DNA of 64,000 nucleotides from Microbacterium sp. (GTDB lineage Bacteria > Actinomycetota > Actinomycetes > Actinomycetales > Microbacteriaceae): the NCBI GenBank assembly GCA_031555335.1, contig JAVBUN010000096.1:2893-66892 (forward strand), read 5' to 3'. The translations under genes and the position numbers were made by a program. The notes below the pieces were generated by a model. The model was not told the DNA's origin. It did not search any database and saw only the letters and a list, made by a program, of their open reading frames with translations. Of this stretch, positions 28,392 to 38,063 are shown piece after piece. Numbering within the stretch: position 1 is the stretch's first letter; each line of letters opens with the position of its first letter.

Positions 28392-29474
28392 TCAGCCGGC
28401 CAGCCAGTCGGTGTACCAGTTGAGCATCGCCTCACGGTTCTCGGAACGCCACTTCGAATCGGCCATCACGATCGTGGTGTGGCTCGGCGCATTGGGCAGG
28501 TTCTCCTGGACGTCCTCCGGGATGAACTCGTACGCGTCGGGGTTTCCGGGGCCGTAGTTGGTCCGCTCGGCGAACGCCGCCTGCAGCTCGGGGTCGTGGA
28601 AGACGCCGGTCAGCGCCATGATGTTGTCGACATCCGGCGCCCCCTTCGGGATCGAGATCACGTTCGGCGAGACGACCGCCTGGTCCCACGACACGGTGAC
28701 GTCCTGGCCGGCGTTGCGCAGTGCCGCGAACTGACCGCTGGGGCCGGCCGCGACGGCGGCCGTACCGGAGACCAGCAGCTGCTGGATCTCCGCGTAGGAC
28801 TTGAAGAACACCAGGTCGGGACGCAGCTCGTCGAGCTTGGCCGAGCAGCGGTCGAAGTCGAGCGGGTAGAGGTCCTCCGGCTCGACGCCGTCCGCCAGGA
28901 GCGCGATCTCGCAGGAGCTGTCGTATCCGGCGGGCTCGCCCGACCACGCACGCTTGCCGGGGAACTTCTTCGTGTCGAAGAAGTCCGCCCACGTCTGGGG
29001 TCCGCCGTCCGGGAACGTCTCGGTGAGATAGCCCTGCGCGGCACCGACGAAGAAGGTGCCGAAGGCGTAGGGGCGGGCGTCCTCGGGAAGCTCCTGGTCC
29101 TGGTACTCCTCGGGGACCTCGAGCAGGTTGTCCTGGTGCAGGTACAGCTCCTCGAGCCCCAGGTGCATCGCGTCATAGTCCCCCGGCTCGCCGTCCAGCA
29201 TCGCCGACTGCATCGCCTCGTTGATGACGACCGAGGTGACCTCCACGCCGGTGTCCTCGGTGAACGGCCCGAAGAAGATCTCCTGGCGGGCCTCGTTCGT
29301 CGGTCCGCCGTAGTCGGCCCAGACGATCTGGCCGCTCAGCGCGGCGGCGGTGTCGTCGGTGGTCGGCTCGGCGGCGTCGCCGCCGGAACTGGCGCAGCCG
29401 GCCAGCAGCGCGACCGAGGCGCTGAGCGCAAGCCCGGAGACCGCGAGCCTCCGGATGCTGATTTTCGCGTGCAT
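28392..29474 (-). CDS. ABC substrate-binding lipoprotein, PotD/PotF-like
   Basis: Lipobox 'LAGC', 'WADYGG', 'PQTWADFFD..KFPGKR', 'LYPLD'. Confidence 0.88.
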   Translation of the reverse strand: MHAKISIRRLAVSGLALSASVALLAGCASSGGDAAEPTTDDTAAALSGQIVWADYGGPTNEARQEIFFGPFTEDTGVEVTSVVINEAMQSAMLDGEPGDYDAMHLGLEELYLHQDNLLEVPEEYQDQELPEDARPYAFGTFFVGAAQGYLTETFPDGGPQTWADFFDTKKFPGKRAWSGEPAGYDSSCEIALLADGVEPEDLYPLDFDRCSAKLDELRPDLVFFKSYAEIQQLLVSGTAAVAAGPSGQFAALRNAGQDVTVSWDQAVVSPNVISIPKGAPDVDNIMALTGVFHDPELQAAFAERTNYGPGNPDAYEFIPEDVQENLPNAPSHTTIVMADSKWRSENREAMLNWYTDWLAG

Positions 29475-29554
29475 GTGTGTACTCTCCGTACGGGGTCAGA
29501 GTGCTGCGGTGGGACAGATCTGGTGGAGCTCGGGTTGGGATGCGATCCGCATCC

Positions 29555-29639
29555 CTTGGATCCAATCTTCCTCCTAGTGGATCCCTCGCACAATCTCAGG
29601 CCGTTTCCACCTCGTGAAGATCTGTTTCGACGGCGTTAC
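29555..29639. promoter_or_regulatory. Paired GntR operator E plus GlnR-like boxes
   Basis: GGATCC cores at 29558 and 29579; gtttc-n6-gtgaa-n5-gtttc-n6-gttac at 29603-29639. Confidence 0.72.
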
Positions 29640-30283
29640 GGGGACGACTCGCCCGCGTCGTCGTCCATCCGCCAGACCGCGACCAGCCGCGGCGCGTGCC
29701 GCAGCGCGGCCGGGTCGGCGGGTGCCGCCGCATCCGCGACGATGTAGGTCTCCTCGACGGTACCGGCGAACGGATGGACCGGCACCGTCTCGTCGATCAA
29801 CGACCGGCAGCCCCACAGGAGAGGCCCGGGACCGGCGAGCACCGGGGCGCCGAGCACGACCGCCGCAGACACCGGGTCACCCTCGTCGACTCGCGCCTCG
29901 ATCGAGAGCCGGTCTCCCGGGCGACCGGGGATCCTTGCCACCAGCCACACCGCGGATGCCGCAGGAACGGGCGAACCGACCGCGATGCCGACCGGCCCCG
30001 ACGAGGTGCCGACCCCCACGGCCGCGCGCCCGTCCGCCCCGAGGCCGACCCACCATCCGACGGCGTCCTGCGCGTGCGAGAACACGCCCTGCGGGACGCC
30101 GACGTCGCCGGCCGGCGCCCGGAACCGCACGGCCACGGTGACGCCGGCCTCGTCGATCCGCAACGCCCCGCGCAGGCGACGCACGTGCACCGGTGCGCCG
30201 GCCGAGTCGGCGGGGCCGCTCGCGTCGGCGACGTCCACCGTCTCGGGATGCACCCGCGCCGGGAACGACGCGTCGTGGCTCAT
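29636..30283 (-). CDS. Hypothetical protein, possible LamG/ConA-like jelly-roll domain
   Basis: ATG overlaps amidase stop; beta-rich pattern 'GVFSH..GWWVGLGADG..PLLWG..PFAGTVEE..LVAVW'. Confidence 0.55.
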   Translation of the reverse strand: MSHDASFPARVHPETVDVADASGPADSAGAPVHVRRLRGALRIDEAGVTVAVRFRAPAGDVGVPQGVFSHAQDAVGWWVGLGADGRAAVGVGTSSGPVGIAVGSPVPAASAVWLVARIPGRPGDRLSIEARVDEGDPVSAAVVLGAPVLAGPGPLLWGCRSLIDETVPVHPFAGTVEETYIVADAAAPADPAALRHAPRLVAVWRMDDDAGESSP

Positions 30284-31713
30284 CGCGCCGCGGCGACGGT
30301 CGGCGCGGGATGCCGGGCGGTGTGGCCGAGCACCGCCTCGATGGCCGCCGTGTGAGCGAGTAGGTCCCGCTCGCCGCGGTTGCGCCCCACCGCCTGCAAC
30401 CCGACCGGCAGCCCGTCGGAGAACCCGGCGGGGGTCACGACGACCGGGTGCGCGGTCGCGGTGATGCGGTTCGCCAGCATCTGCCACCGGAAGTAGCGGT
30501 CGTATTCGACGTCGCCCACCCGTGCGACCCACTCGTCTTCTGCGGGCGGCGCGACCACGGGGGTGGCCGGGAAGACGAGCAGGTCGACGTCGTCGAACGC
30601 GCGCTCGGTGCGCCGGTAGATCTGGGTGCGCACGGCCAGCGCGTCGGCGAGCTCTGCCGCCGACACCCGCTCGCCCTGCCGGACGTTCCGCACCATGTCG
30701 GGGCGCATGAGCTCCGGATGGGCGGCGACCTCGTCGCGATAGGAGGCGTAGAAGTTGAACATCTCGATGGTCTCCCACGCCTGTTCGGCGTCGGCGAGCG
30801 GCAGGTCGAGATCGACGATCGTGAACCCGGCGGCCTCGAGGATGCGACGAGCATCGGCGTGGACGCGGGCGACCTCCGCGGAGATCGGCACGCCGTCGGC
30901 GTCGGCGCTCCATCCGATCCGCACGTGGCCCGGGTCGGACGCCACGAGGCCGAGGAACTGCGCAGGGTCCTCCGCGATCGACATCGGGGCCATCGGATCG
31001 GCCCCGGACATCGCGGCGAGGGCGAGCGCGGCATCCTGCGAGGTGCGCGCCATGGGCCCCAGCACGCCGTGCGCGGTCCACGCGTTACCGAGGCGCCCGC
31101 TCGCCACGCGTCCCGGCGTGGGCCGGACGCCCACGACGTTGCAGAAGGCCGCCGGGTAGCGCAGGCTTCCGCCGCTGTCCGACCCGTCCGCGAAGGGCAG
31201 CATGCCCGATGCGACGGCGGCCGCAGCTCCCCCGCTCGATCCGCCGGCATGCCGGGAGGAGTCGTACGGATTGCGGCAGACGCCGTGGAGCGGATTGAAC
31301 GTCAGTGTGCCGAGGCCGCCCTCGGGCGTCGCGGTCTTGGCGATCACCAGCGCCCCGGCCCGGCGGATCCGGCCGACGACCATGGCGTCGGAGGCGGCGG
31401 GCTCGGCGTCCGCGTAGATCGCCGAGCCGTGGGTCGTGGGCAGGCCCGCGACGTCCATGAGGTCCTTGACGCCGGTGGGGAGCCCATGGAGGATGCCGAC
31501 CTCGTCGCCGCGCGCGACCGCACGGTCGGCGTCGCGGGCGAGCGCGATCGCGGCGGATTCGGGGATCATCGCGACGATCGCGCCGATGGCGCCGTCGACC
31601 TCCTCGATGCGTCCCAGGTGGGCGCGCATGACCTCCTCGGCCGAGAAATCGCGGGCGCGGATGCCGGCGGCGAGGTCGGCGGCGCTCTTCCAGTACAGGG
31701 CGGTGTCGGTCAT
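30280..31713 (-). CDS. Amidase (amidase signature family)
   Basis: 'GVKDL', 'GGSSGG', 'GSDSGGSLRYPA'. Confidence 0.92.
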   Translation of the reverse strand: MTDTALYWKSAADLAAGIRARDFSAEEVMRAHLGRIEEVDGAIGAIVAMIPESAAIALARDADRAVARGDEVGILHGLPTGVKDLMDVAGLPTTHGSAIYADAEPAASDAMVVGRIRRAGALVIAKTATPEGGLGTLTFNPLHGVCRNPYDSSRHAGGSSGGAAAAVASGMLPFADGSDSGGSLRYPAAFCNVVGVRPTPGRVASGRLGNAWTAHGVLGPMARTSQDAALALAAMSGADPMAPMSIAEDPAQFLGLVASDPGHVRIGWSADADGVPISAEVARVHADARRILEAAGFTIVDLDLPLADAEQAWETIEMFNFYASYRDEVAAHPELMRPDMVRNVRQGERVSAAELADALAVRTQIYRRTERAFDDVDLLVFPATPVVAPPAEDEWVARVGDVEYDRYFRWQMLANRITATAHPVVVTPAGFSDGLPVGLQAVGRNRGERDLLAHTAAIEAVLGHTARHPAPTVAAAR

Positions 31714-32753
31714 CGGGGTTCCTTCTCCAGGGGTGCGGCGTCCGGGGTGGGACGGTCGAGCAGGGCGGCCGGGCGGGCGACGAGCATGTCGTCGATCCGG
31801 GTCCGTGCGACCCCGGCCCGCTCGAGCGCGGGGACGATTCGTCGCACGACGTGCCCGTATCCCATGCCGCCCCAGCGGGAGAGCTGGCCCTTGGTCCAGA
31901 CCGAGCAGCTCAGCGTCACCGCGGCATCCGGCCGGTCCGCGAGCAGGTCGACGAGGAACGCGAGCCGGTCGTCGTCGTTCGCGTCGCGCGCCCGGTCGCC
32001 GAAATGGTGCTCGCTGCCGAAGGCGAACTCCACGACGGCGCCGCTGTCCGAGATCTCGCGGACATAGACGGGGTCGAGCACCTTGTCGATGTTGCAGAAC
32101 AGGATCCGGGAGGCGGGCAGGCCGGTGGCGGTCAGGATCTCGACCACCTCCGGGCCGCGTCGGGCGGCGGCGTCGAGTCGGACCGTGACGGCGCTTCCCG
32201 CCTCGGCGGCGGCCCGGCCGGCCGCGCGGAGGGCTCGCATCTCCGCCCCGGTGATCTGGGCGCTCGTCCCCATGAGTCCGAGCACGCCGGCCCGGAAGTC
32301 GGTCCCGGGGATGGCCTCGAGGAGCGCGGTGCGGAACAGATCCTCCATCCGCGCCTCCGTCTGCTGCGCCCACCACATCGGCAGGGTCTTCTCGATGTAG
32401 CTCCCGTAGGCGGCCACGATATGCACCCCGGCCGCGCGCGAGACCGCGGGCAGATCGGCGGATCGAGGGCCCATCCCCCACCCGGTCGCCTCGACGATGG
32501 TCCCAAGTCCGGCGGAGGCGGCCGCGCCCAGCTCGGCGACGGCGAGCGCGGGGTCGTCCAGGGTGAGATTGTCGGCGAGCGACAGCCAGCTCCAGCGGAG
32601 GTCCCCCAGCACCTCGGGCCGCATCGGCCCCTCGAGCACGCCTCCCTCACGGGTCAGGCGAGTGAGCGTCCGCGAGTCGGCGAGCACGTGCTCGTTGGTC
32701 GACACGACGCCGAGCTCCGCCGCGGGGAGCCGGCCGAGGACGGTCTCGATCAT
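31710..32753 (-). CDS. Phosphotriesterase-family protein (metal site degenerate)
   Basis: 'IETVLG....LG..STNEHVL'; GLMG, VTVR, FCNID, SCSVW substitutions. Confidence 0.8.
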   Translation of the reverse strand: MIETVLGRLPAAELGVVSTNEHVLADSRTLTRLTREGGVLEGPMRPEVLGDLRWSWLSLADNLTLDDPALAVAELGAAASAGLGTIVEATGWGMGPRSADLPAVSRAAGVHIVAAYGSYIEKTLPMWWAQQTEARMEDLFRTALLEAIPGTDFRAGVLGLMGTSAQITGAEMRALRAAGRAAAEAGSAVTVRLDAAARRGPEVVEILTATGLPASRILFCNIDKVLDPVYVREISDSGAVVEFAFGSEHHFGDRARDANDDDRLAFLVDLLADRPDAAVTLSCSVWTKGQLSRWGGMGYGHVVRRIVPALERAGVARTRIDDMLVARPAALLDRPTPDAAPLEKEPR

Positions 32754-34153
32754 GCCTCGCCCTCCGTCGCCGGAATCGCGGAGGCCTCCGGGATGACGTG
32801 CACGGTGCGCCCTCCGACATCGGTGCGCAGGACGGTCAGCGTCCGCAGGGCGTCCACGGGGACCGCGGTGGGATCCGCCGACCACAGCGCCCAGTCGGCG
32901 AGCATCCCCGCACGCAGCATCCCCCGTTCGTGCTCGGCCAGACTCGCGTACGCGGCGCCCGTCGTGTACGCGGCGAGCGCCTCCGTCACCGTGACGGCCT
33001 CGGTGGGCGACAGCGGGTGCTCCTCGCCTGCGACGCGACGCGTGACGACCTGCCAGACGAGGTGGCGCGGGTCGAAGGAGAAGAACGGCCCGTCGGAGCC
33101 GAAGGCGACCACGACCCCCGCGTCGAGCCAGCTCCGCACGGGGTTCGCGCGTTCCGCCCGGTCGGCGATCTTCGCGCGGAGCCCCCGGCCGTTGTGCCAG
33201 ATCAGCGACGGCTGGAGCGAGGCGATCACGCCCGTGGCGGCCGCGAGCGCCATCGTCTCCGCGCTCGGTTCGAGGTAGGCGTGGATCAGCTGATGCCGGC
33301 GGTCGGCGACGATCCCGGGATGCTGCGCCTCGGCGTTCGCGTAGGCCCGCGCGACGAACGCCGCGGCGCCCCCGCCGACCGCGTGGGCGCCGACCCCCCA
33401 GCCGTGTGCCGCACACCAGTCGACGAGGCGCTGGAAGTCGGCCTCGGAGATCCGTTGCACGCCGGCGAATCCGCTGTCGTCCCACGGCTGCTCGAGGAGG
33501 GCCTCCCCCTTGAGCGCCTCGCCGTCCGCGTACACCTTGATCGGGCCGATCTTCAGCTGCGCGTCGCCGAAACCCGTGGACAGACCGATCCCGTCGAGAT
33601 GCGTGATCACCGCGTCGAGGTCGGGCGTCCGCGCGCTGCCCGGCTCGAGATAGGGCATGGCCACCGTGCGCATGGTCAGCAGTCCGCGGCGGTGCGCCTC
33701 CTGGTATCCCCGCAGCTCCTCCACCATCACCGCGGGGTCGACGATCCCGGTGATGCCGAGGGAGTGCAGCAGCGGCTGAACGCGCTCGAGGGCTCGGACG
33801 CGGTCCTCGAACGGCGGGTCCTCGGGCCCGTCGTCATCGAAGCTCTCGCGCATGGCGACGATGTACTCCTCCACGTCGGCCCCGGCGCCGAGGTAGTCGA
33901 GCGCCTTCAGCCCGGCGCGCTGCATGTGCAGGTGCGCGTCGATCAGCCCCGGCAGCACGACACCGGGGAGAGTCTCCTCCACGGCTCCCGGCACCGCCGC
34001 ACGCACCGCGTCGAGCGATCCGACGGCCACGATGCGATCGCCCTGCACCGCGAACGCCTCGGCCCGCGGACACGCGGGGTCCATCGTGACGACGGCCGCC
34101 CGGTAGAGGACGGGGGCCGGGCGCGTGACGGGGGCGGGGGGTGGGGTCGCCAT
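32750..34153 (-). CDS. Amidohydrolase_3 (YtcJ/NfdA-like), shortened
   Basis: 'PGLIDAHLH', 'IK.YADG', 'AHAVG', 'LIHA', 'GSDGP', 'AYT.GAA'. Confidence 0.85.
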   Translation of the reverse strand: MATPPPAPVTRPAPVLYRAAVVTMDPACPRAEAFAVQGDRIVAVGSLDAVRAAVPGAVEETLPGVVLPGLIDAHLHMQRAGLKALDYLGAGADVEEYIVAMRESFDDDGPEDPPFEDRVRALERVQPLLHSLGITGIVDPAVMVEELRGYQEAHRRGLLTMRTVAMPYLEPGSARTPDLDAVITHLDGIGLSTGFGDAQLKIGPIKVYADGEALKGEALLEQPWDDSGFAGVQRISEADFQRLVDWCAAHGWGVGAHAVGGGAAAFVARAYANAEAQHPGIVADRRHQLIHAYLEPSAETMALAAATGVIASLQPSLIWHNGRGLRAKIADRAERANPVRSWLDAGVVVAFGSDGPFFSFDPRHLVWQVVTRRVAGEEHPLSPTEAVTVTEALAAYTTGAAYASLAEHERGMLRAGMLADWALWSADPTAVPVDALRTLTVLRTDVGGRTVHVIPEASAIPATEGEA

Positions 34154-34204
34154 GGACGGATGCGTCCTCTCGGTCGGTTCGGGTGATCGGCGCGGTGTCC
34201 GCGG

Positions 34205-35386
34205 TCAGACGGACAGGAGTGCGCGGGGGATGCGGGACAGGGCCGAGACCGCACCGTCCTCGACGAGGAGCGTGTCGATGGCCGCGGCCTCGAATCCCTC
34301 CCCGCGGTGGAACAGCACGGTCTCGAAGTTCGACGTGTAGCCGTCGCCGAGCGGCGTCGGGCGGGGCCCGTCGTCCGCGAGATACGTGTGCCCCACCCAG
34401 CTGGGCGGGAAGGCGAGGCCGAAGCCGTAACCGCCGACCCACCAGATGTTCTCGGCCGGCACGCGATCGCGGAGCACCCGCTCGGCGGACGCCATCGCCG
34501 CCGCGGGGCTCTGCCCCACCACGGCCGTGCGGCAGAACTCCGCCAGGCAGTCGGCCCCGGCGCGCAGATAGTCGTCGGCGGTCTGATTCCAGCCGTCGAT
34601 CACGAACGCCCGGCTCAGATTGACGTGATAGCGGTCGACGACGGCGCAGGCGTCGATGGAGACGACCTCGCCGCGCTCGATCCGCCGGTCCGACGGGAAA
34701 GCGTGCACGTCGGCCCAGGCGGTCGGCCCCGACGAGACGAGCGCATGCTGCGCGGGCACCTCGGAGCCGCGTTCGGCGAGCAGGGAGGTGATGAGGGCGG
34801 CGACCTCGAGCTCGGTGAGCCCCGGCCGCAGTCGCGTGCGGAGCTCCTCGAAGGCGTCGTCGAGCATCGCGCCGGCCCGCCGCATCTTCCGACGCTCGGC
34901 CGGCGATTTCCGCACGCGGAGATCGTCGACCACGTAGTCCCCCGCGACGACCTCGGCGCCAGCCGCGGCGAGGCCGGCGGCGATGTCGCGGAGAACCCCC
35001 GCGACCGGGTTGGGCGCGAACCACTCGATGCCGACCGCACCTTCCGCCCACCCGCGCTCGCGCAGTGCGGAGACGAGCTCCTCGGGCGAGGTGCCGTAGT
35101 CGACGAGAACGAGCTCGTCGTGGATGGCGTTCATCGGCACGTAGTCCGCATGACGCGACCAGTCCACGAAGACGAGCTCGCTCTGGCGGGCGTGCACGAC
35201 GACGCCGATCGGCAACCGCGGGGCGTACCAGCTGGCGACGTATCCGGTGAGGTAGCAGACGTTGACGGGCGACGTCACGACGAGCACGTCGATCCCGGCG
35301 TCCGCCATGGCGGCGCGCAGGGCGGTATGGCGGGCCTCGTACTCGCTCACCGCGAACGGCAGGGCGGGCGGGATGCTGCGTGCCAC
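34205..35386 (-). CDS. M24 family hydrolase, ectoine hydrolase (DoeA/EutD)/creatinase-like
   Basis: 'EY.AR', 'N..YLTGY', 'R..KS..E', 'RYH..LSR', 'GYGFGLAFPPSW'. Confidence 0.8.
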   Translation of the reverse strand: MARSIPPALPFAVSEYEARHTALRAAMADAGIDVLVVTSPVNVCYLTGYVASWYAPRLPIGVVVHARQSELVFVDWSRHADYVPMNAIHDELVLVDYGTSPEELVSALRERGWAEGAVGIEWFAPNPVAGVLRDIAAGLAAAGAEVVAGDYVVDDLRVRKSPAERRKMRRAGAMLDDAFEELRTRLRPGLTELEVAALITSLLAERGSEVPAQHALVSSGPTAWADVHAFPSDRRIERGEVVSIDACAVVDRYHVNLSRAFVIDGWNQTADDYLRAGADCLAEFCRTAVVGQSPAAAMASAERVLRDRVPAENIWWVGGYGFGLAFPPSWVGHTYLADDGPRPTPLGDGYTSNFETVLFHRGEGFEAAAIDTLLVEDGAVSALSRIPRALLSV

Positions 35387-35428
35387 GGACTCTCCTCCCC
35401 CGCGCTCCGCCGACGACGCGGCGAAGAA

Positions 35429-35480
35429 TTGACCTCGCGGAAACATGATGGATCCTATCATGAGAGAAATGGATCCATTT
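35429..35480. promoter_or_regulatory. Paired GntR operator F plus weak GlnR-like box
   Basis: GGATCC cores at 35450 and 35471; ttgac-n6-gaaac at 35429-35444. Confidence 0.72.
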
Positions 35481-35497
35481 GAACGAGGAGCTGCACT

Positions 35498-36562
35498 ATG
35501 ACCCCATCCCTCGGCCGTCGGCGACTTCTCGTCGGCATCGCCACCGTCCTGGTCGGTGCCGGCCTCGCCGGCTGCGCATCGGCGAGCGAACCGTCCGGCG
35601 ATGAGACCGCATCCGACATCTCCGGCCAGGTGGTGTGGGCGGACTGGGGAGGCCCGACCCACGAGGCCTTCCGGGAGGTGTTCTTCGACGCGTTCACGGC
35701 CGACACCGGCGTCGAGGTCGTGGACACGACGATCGCATCGGCGATCCAGTACCAGATGCTCGAGGGGGGCGCGGGAGACTACGACACCATGATGACGGGC
35801 ATGTCGGAGGTCGTCCTCTACTCCGACAATCTGCTCTCCCTGCCCGAGGGCATGACCCGCTCGGACCAGCTCCCGGAGGACGTCGCCGAGTACACGATCG
35901 CCACGCCGCTGATCGGCTACGCGCAGGGATACCTCACCGACACGTTCCCCGACGGCGGGCCGCAGACCTGGGCGGACTTCTGGGACACCGAGAAGTTCCC
36001 CGGCAAGCGGGCCGTGCCCGGCGAGTACAACGACTTCATGTACGAGGCCGCACTCATCGCCGACGGCGTCGCGCCCGACGACCTCTACCCGCTCGACCTC
36101 GACCGCGCCACGGCCAAGCTCAACGAGCTCAAGCCCGAAATGGTCTTCTACACCGAGTACCCGCAGGTGCAGCAGCTCCTCAGCTCGGAGGCCGCGTCGA
36201 TCGCCTTCGCCCCGAACGGCCAGTACGCCGCGCTGCAGAACTCCGGCCAGGACGTGACGGTGTCCTGGACCGAGGCCTTCGTCGAGGCGAACCCCTTCGT
36301 CGTCCCGGTGAAGGCGAACAACGCCGATGCGACGTTCGCGCTCGCCGAGTACCTGGCCGACCCGGAGCTGCAGGCGGAGTTCTCGAAGCGGACGCACTAC
36401 GGGCCGTCCAACTCGGCCGCCTTCGAGTTCATGACCGACGACGAGATCGCCGAACTCCCCAACGCACCGCAGAACACGGCGATCATCTGGGCGAATGCCG
36501 AGGAGCGGGCGAACCTCTACGAGGAGATGACGAACCGCTACACGGAGTGGCTGCAGAGCTGA
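35498..36562 (+). CDS. ABC substrate-binding lipoprotein, PotD-like (paralog of 28392-29474)
   Basis: Lipobox 'LAGC', 'WADWGG', 'PQTWADFWD..KFPGKR'. Confidence 0.88.
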   Translation: MTPSLGRRRLLVGIATVLVGAGLAGCASASEPSGDETASDISGQVVWADWGGPTHEAFREVFFDAFTADTGVEVVDTTIASAIQYQMLEGGAGDYDTMMTGMSEVVLYSDNLLSLPEGMTRSDQLPEDVAEYTIATPLIGYAQGYLTDTFPDGGPQTWADFWDTEKFPGKRAVPGEYNDFMYEAALIADGVAPDDLYPLDLDRATAKLNELKPEMVFYTEYPQVQQLLSSEAASIAFAPNGQYAALQNSGQDVTVSWTEAFVEANPFVVPVKANNADATFALAEYLADPELQAEFSKRTHYGPSNSAAFEFMTDDEIAELPNAPQNTAIIWANAEERANLYEEMTNRYTEWLQS

Positions 36563-36566
36563 CCGG

Positions 36567-36619
36567 ACGAGGCACGGCCCCGGTCCTCCCGCACAGGGAG
36601 GGCCGGGGCCGTGTCTCGT
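36567..36619. terminator. Bidirectional terminator-like hairpin
   Basis: 24-bp near-perfect stem between convergent SBP and amidase genes. Confidence 0.75.
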
Positions 36620-36629
36620 GTCGGCAGCG

Positions 36630-38063
36630 CTATCCCGCGGGGACGGGCGGACGGCGCGCCATGGTCTCCGCGACCGCGCCCTCCCACGTGAGCCCGAATG
36701 CGAGCAGCTCCCGGTCGCCGCGGTAGCGCCCGACGAACTGCACGCCGATCGGCAGCCCGTCGGTGGAGAACGTCATCGGCATCGAGAGCGCCGGCATCGC
36801 GGTGGCCGTGATCCTGCTGCACGAACGCTGCCACGCGTAGTACCGGTCCATCGCGACCCCGTCGATCTCCGTCGGGTACTCCCACTCGACCGGGAACGGC
36901 AGCACCTGCACGCACGGGGCGAGCAGCAGGTCGTACTCGCCGAGCAGTCGCTGCGTCTGGCGGAACAGTCGCGTGCGGGCGGCGGCGGCGCGCACGAGCA
37001 GCTCGGGCGTGAATCCGGCGGCCCAGGCGATGTCGTCCTTGAGCGTCTGCTTCATCAGCTCCGGGTGCCGCAGCGAGTCGTCGCCGTGCCCGTCGAGGAA
37101 CTCGAGCGATCGGAACGTCTCGAAGACGAGGTCGGCCTCCGAGAGGTCGAGCTCGACCGGCACGACCTCGGCGCCGAGCGCGGCCGCGAGGTCCGCCGCC
37201 GCCCGGGTCGCCGCACGGACCTGCGGGTCCAGCGGCAGGCCGCCCAGATCTTCGCTGAAAGCGATGCGGGCGCCCTCGAACGCACGCGGGGCGATCGACA
37301 GGAAGAGCGCCGGGTCCTCGTCGATCGACAGCGGCGCCCGCGGCTCGGGCCCGGAGATCACCGACATCATCATCGCCGCGTCGGCGACGTTCCGGGTGAG
37401 CGGTCCGAGCACCGACCCCGGATCCCAGGCGTTGCCGGGCCGCGACGACGCCACCCGGCCCGCGGTCGGACGGAGCCCGACGAGGTTCCCGAACGACGCG
37501 GGGTTGCGGATGCTCCCGCCGAGGTCGGACCCGTCCGCGAGCGGCAGCATCCCCGTCGCGACGGCAGCGGCAGCTCCCCCGCTCGATCCCCCGGCCGACC
37601 GGGAGAGGTCGTAGGGGTTGCGGGTCACGCCGAAGACCTCGTTGAACGTGTGCGATCCCACGCCGAACTCGGGGACGTTGGTCTTGCCGACGAACACCGC
37701 TCCGGCATCCCGCATCCGCGAGACGATCACCGCGTCGCCGTCCGCCACGTTGTCCGCGTAGATCCGCGAGCCGTGCGTCGTCGGCAGACCCGCGACGTCC
37801 ATGAGGTCCTTCACCGCGATCGGGAGGCCGTGCAGCGGCCCGAGCGAGATCCCGCGCGCCGTCAGACGGTCGCGGGCACGCGCCTCGGCCAGTGCCGCCT
37901 CGGGGCGATACGAGACGATCGCGTTGAGCGCGGGGTTCAGCGCGTCGATGCGGGCGAGGTGCGCCGCGACGACCTCCTCCGATGAGACCTCGCGGACGCG
38001 GATCGCCTCCGCGAGCTCGCGCGCGCTCATCGCCGTCAGGTCCGTGTTCGTCGGGATCGTCAC
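36630..38063 (-). CDS. Amidase (amidase signature family)
   Basis: 'AVKDL', 'GKTNVPEF', 'GGSSGG', 'GSDLGGSIRNPA'. Confidence 0.92.
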   Translation of the reverse strand: MTIPTNTDLTAMSARELAEAIRVREVSSEEVVAAHLARIDALNPALNAIVSYRPEAALAEARARDRLTARGISLGPLHGLPIAVKDLMDVAGLPTTHGSRIYADNVADGDAVIVSRMRDAGAVFVGKTNVPEFGVGSHTFNEVFGVTRNPYDLSRSAGGSSGGAAAAVATGMLPLADGSDLGGSIRNPASFGNLVGLRPTAGRVASSRPGNAWDPGSVLGPLTRNVADAAMMMSVISGPEPRAPLSIDEDPALFLSIAPRAFEGARIAFSEDLGGLPLDPQVRAATRAAADLAAALGAEVVPVELDLSEADLVFETFRSLEFLDGHGDDSLRHPELMKQTLKDDIAWAAGFTPELLVRAAAARTRLFRQTQRLLGEYDLLLAPCVQVLPFPVEWEYPTEIDGVAMDRYYAWQRSCSRITATAMPALSMPMTFSTDGLPIGVQFVGRYRGDRELLAFGLTWEGAVAETMARRPPVPAG

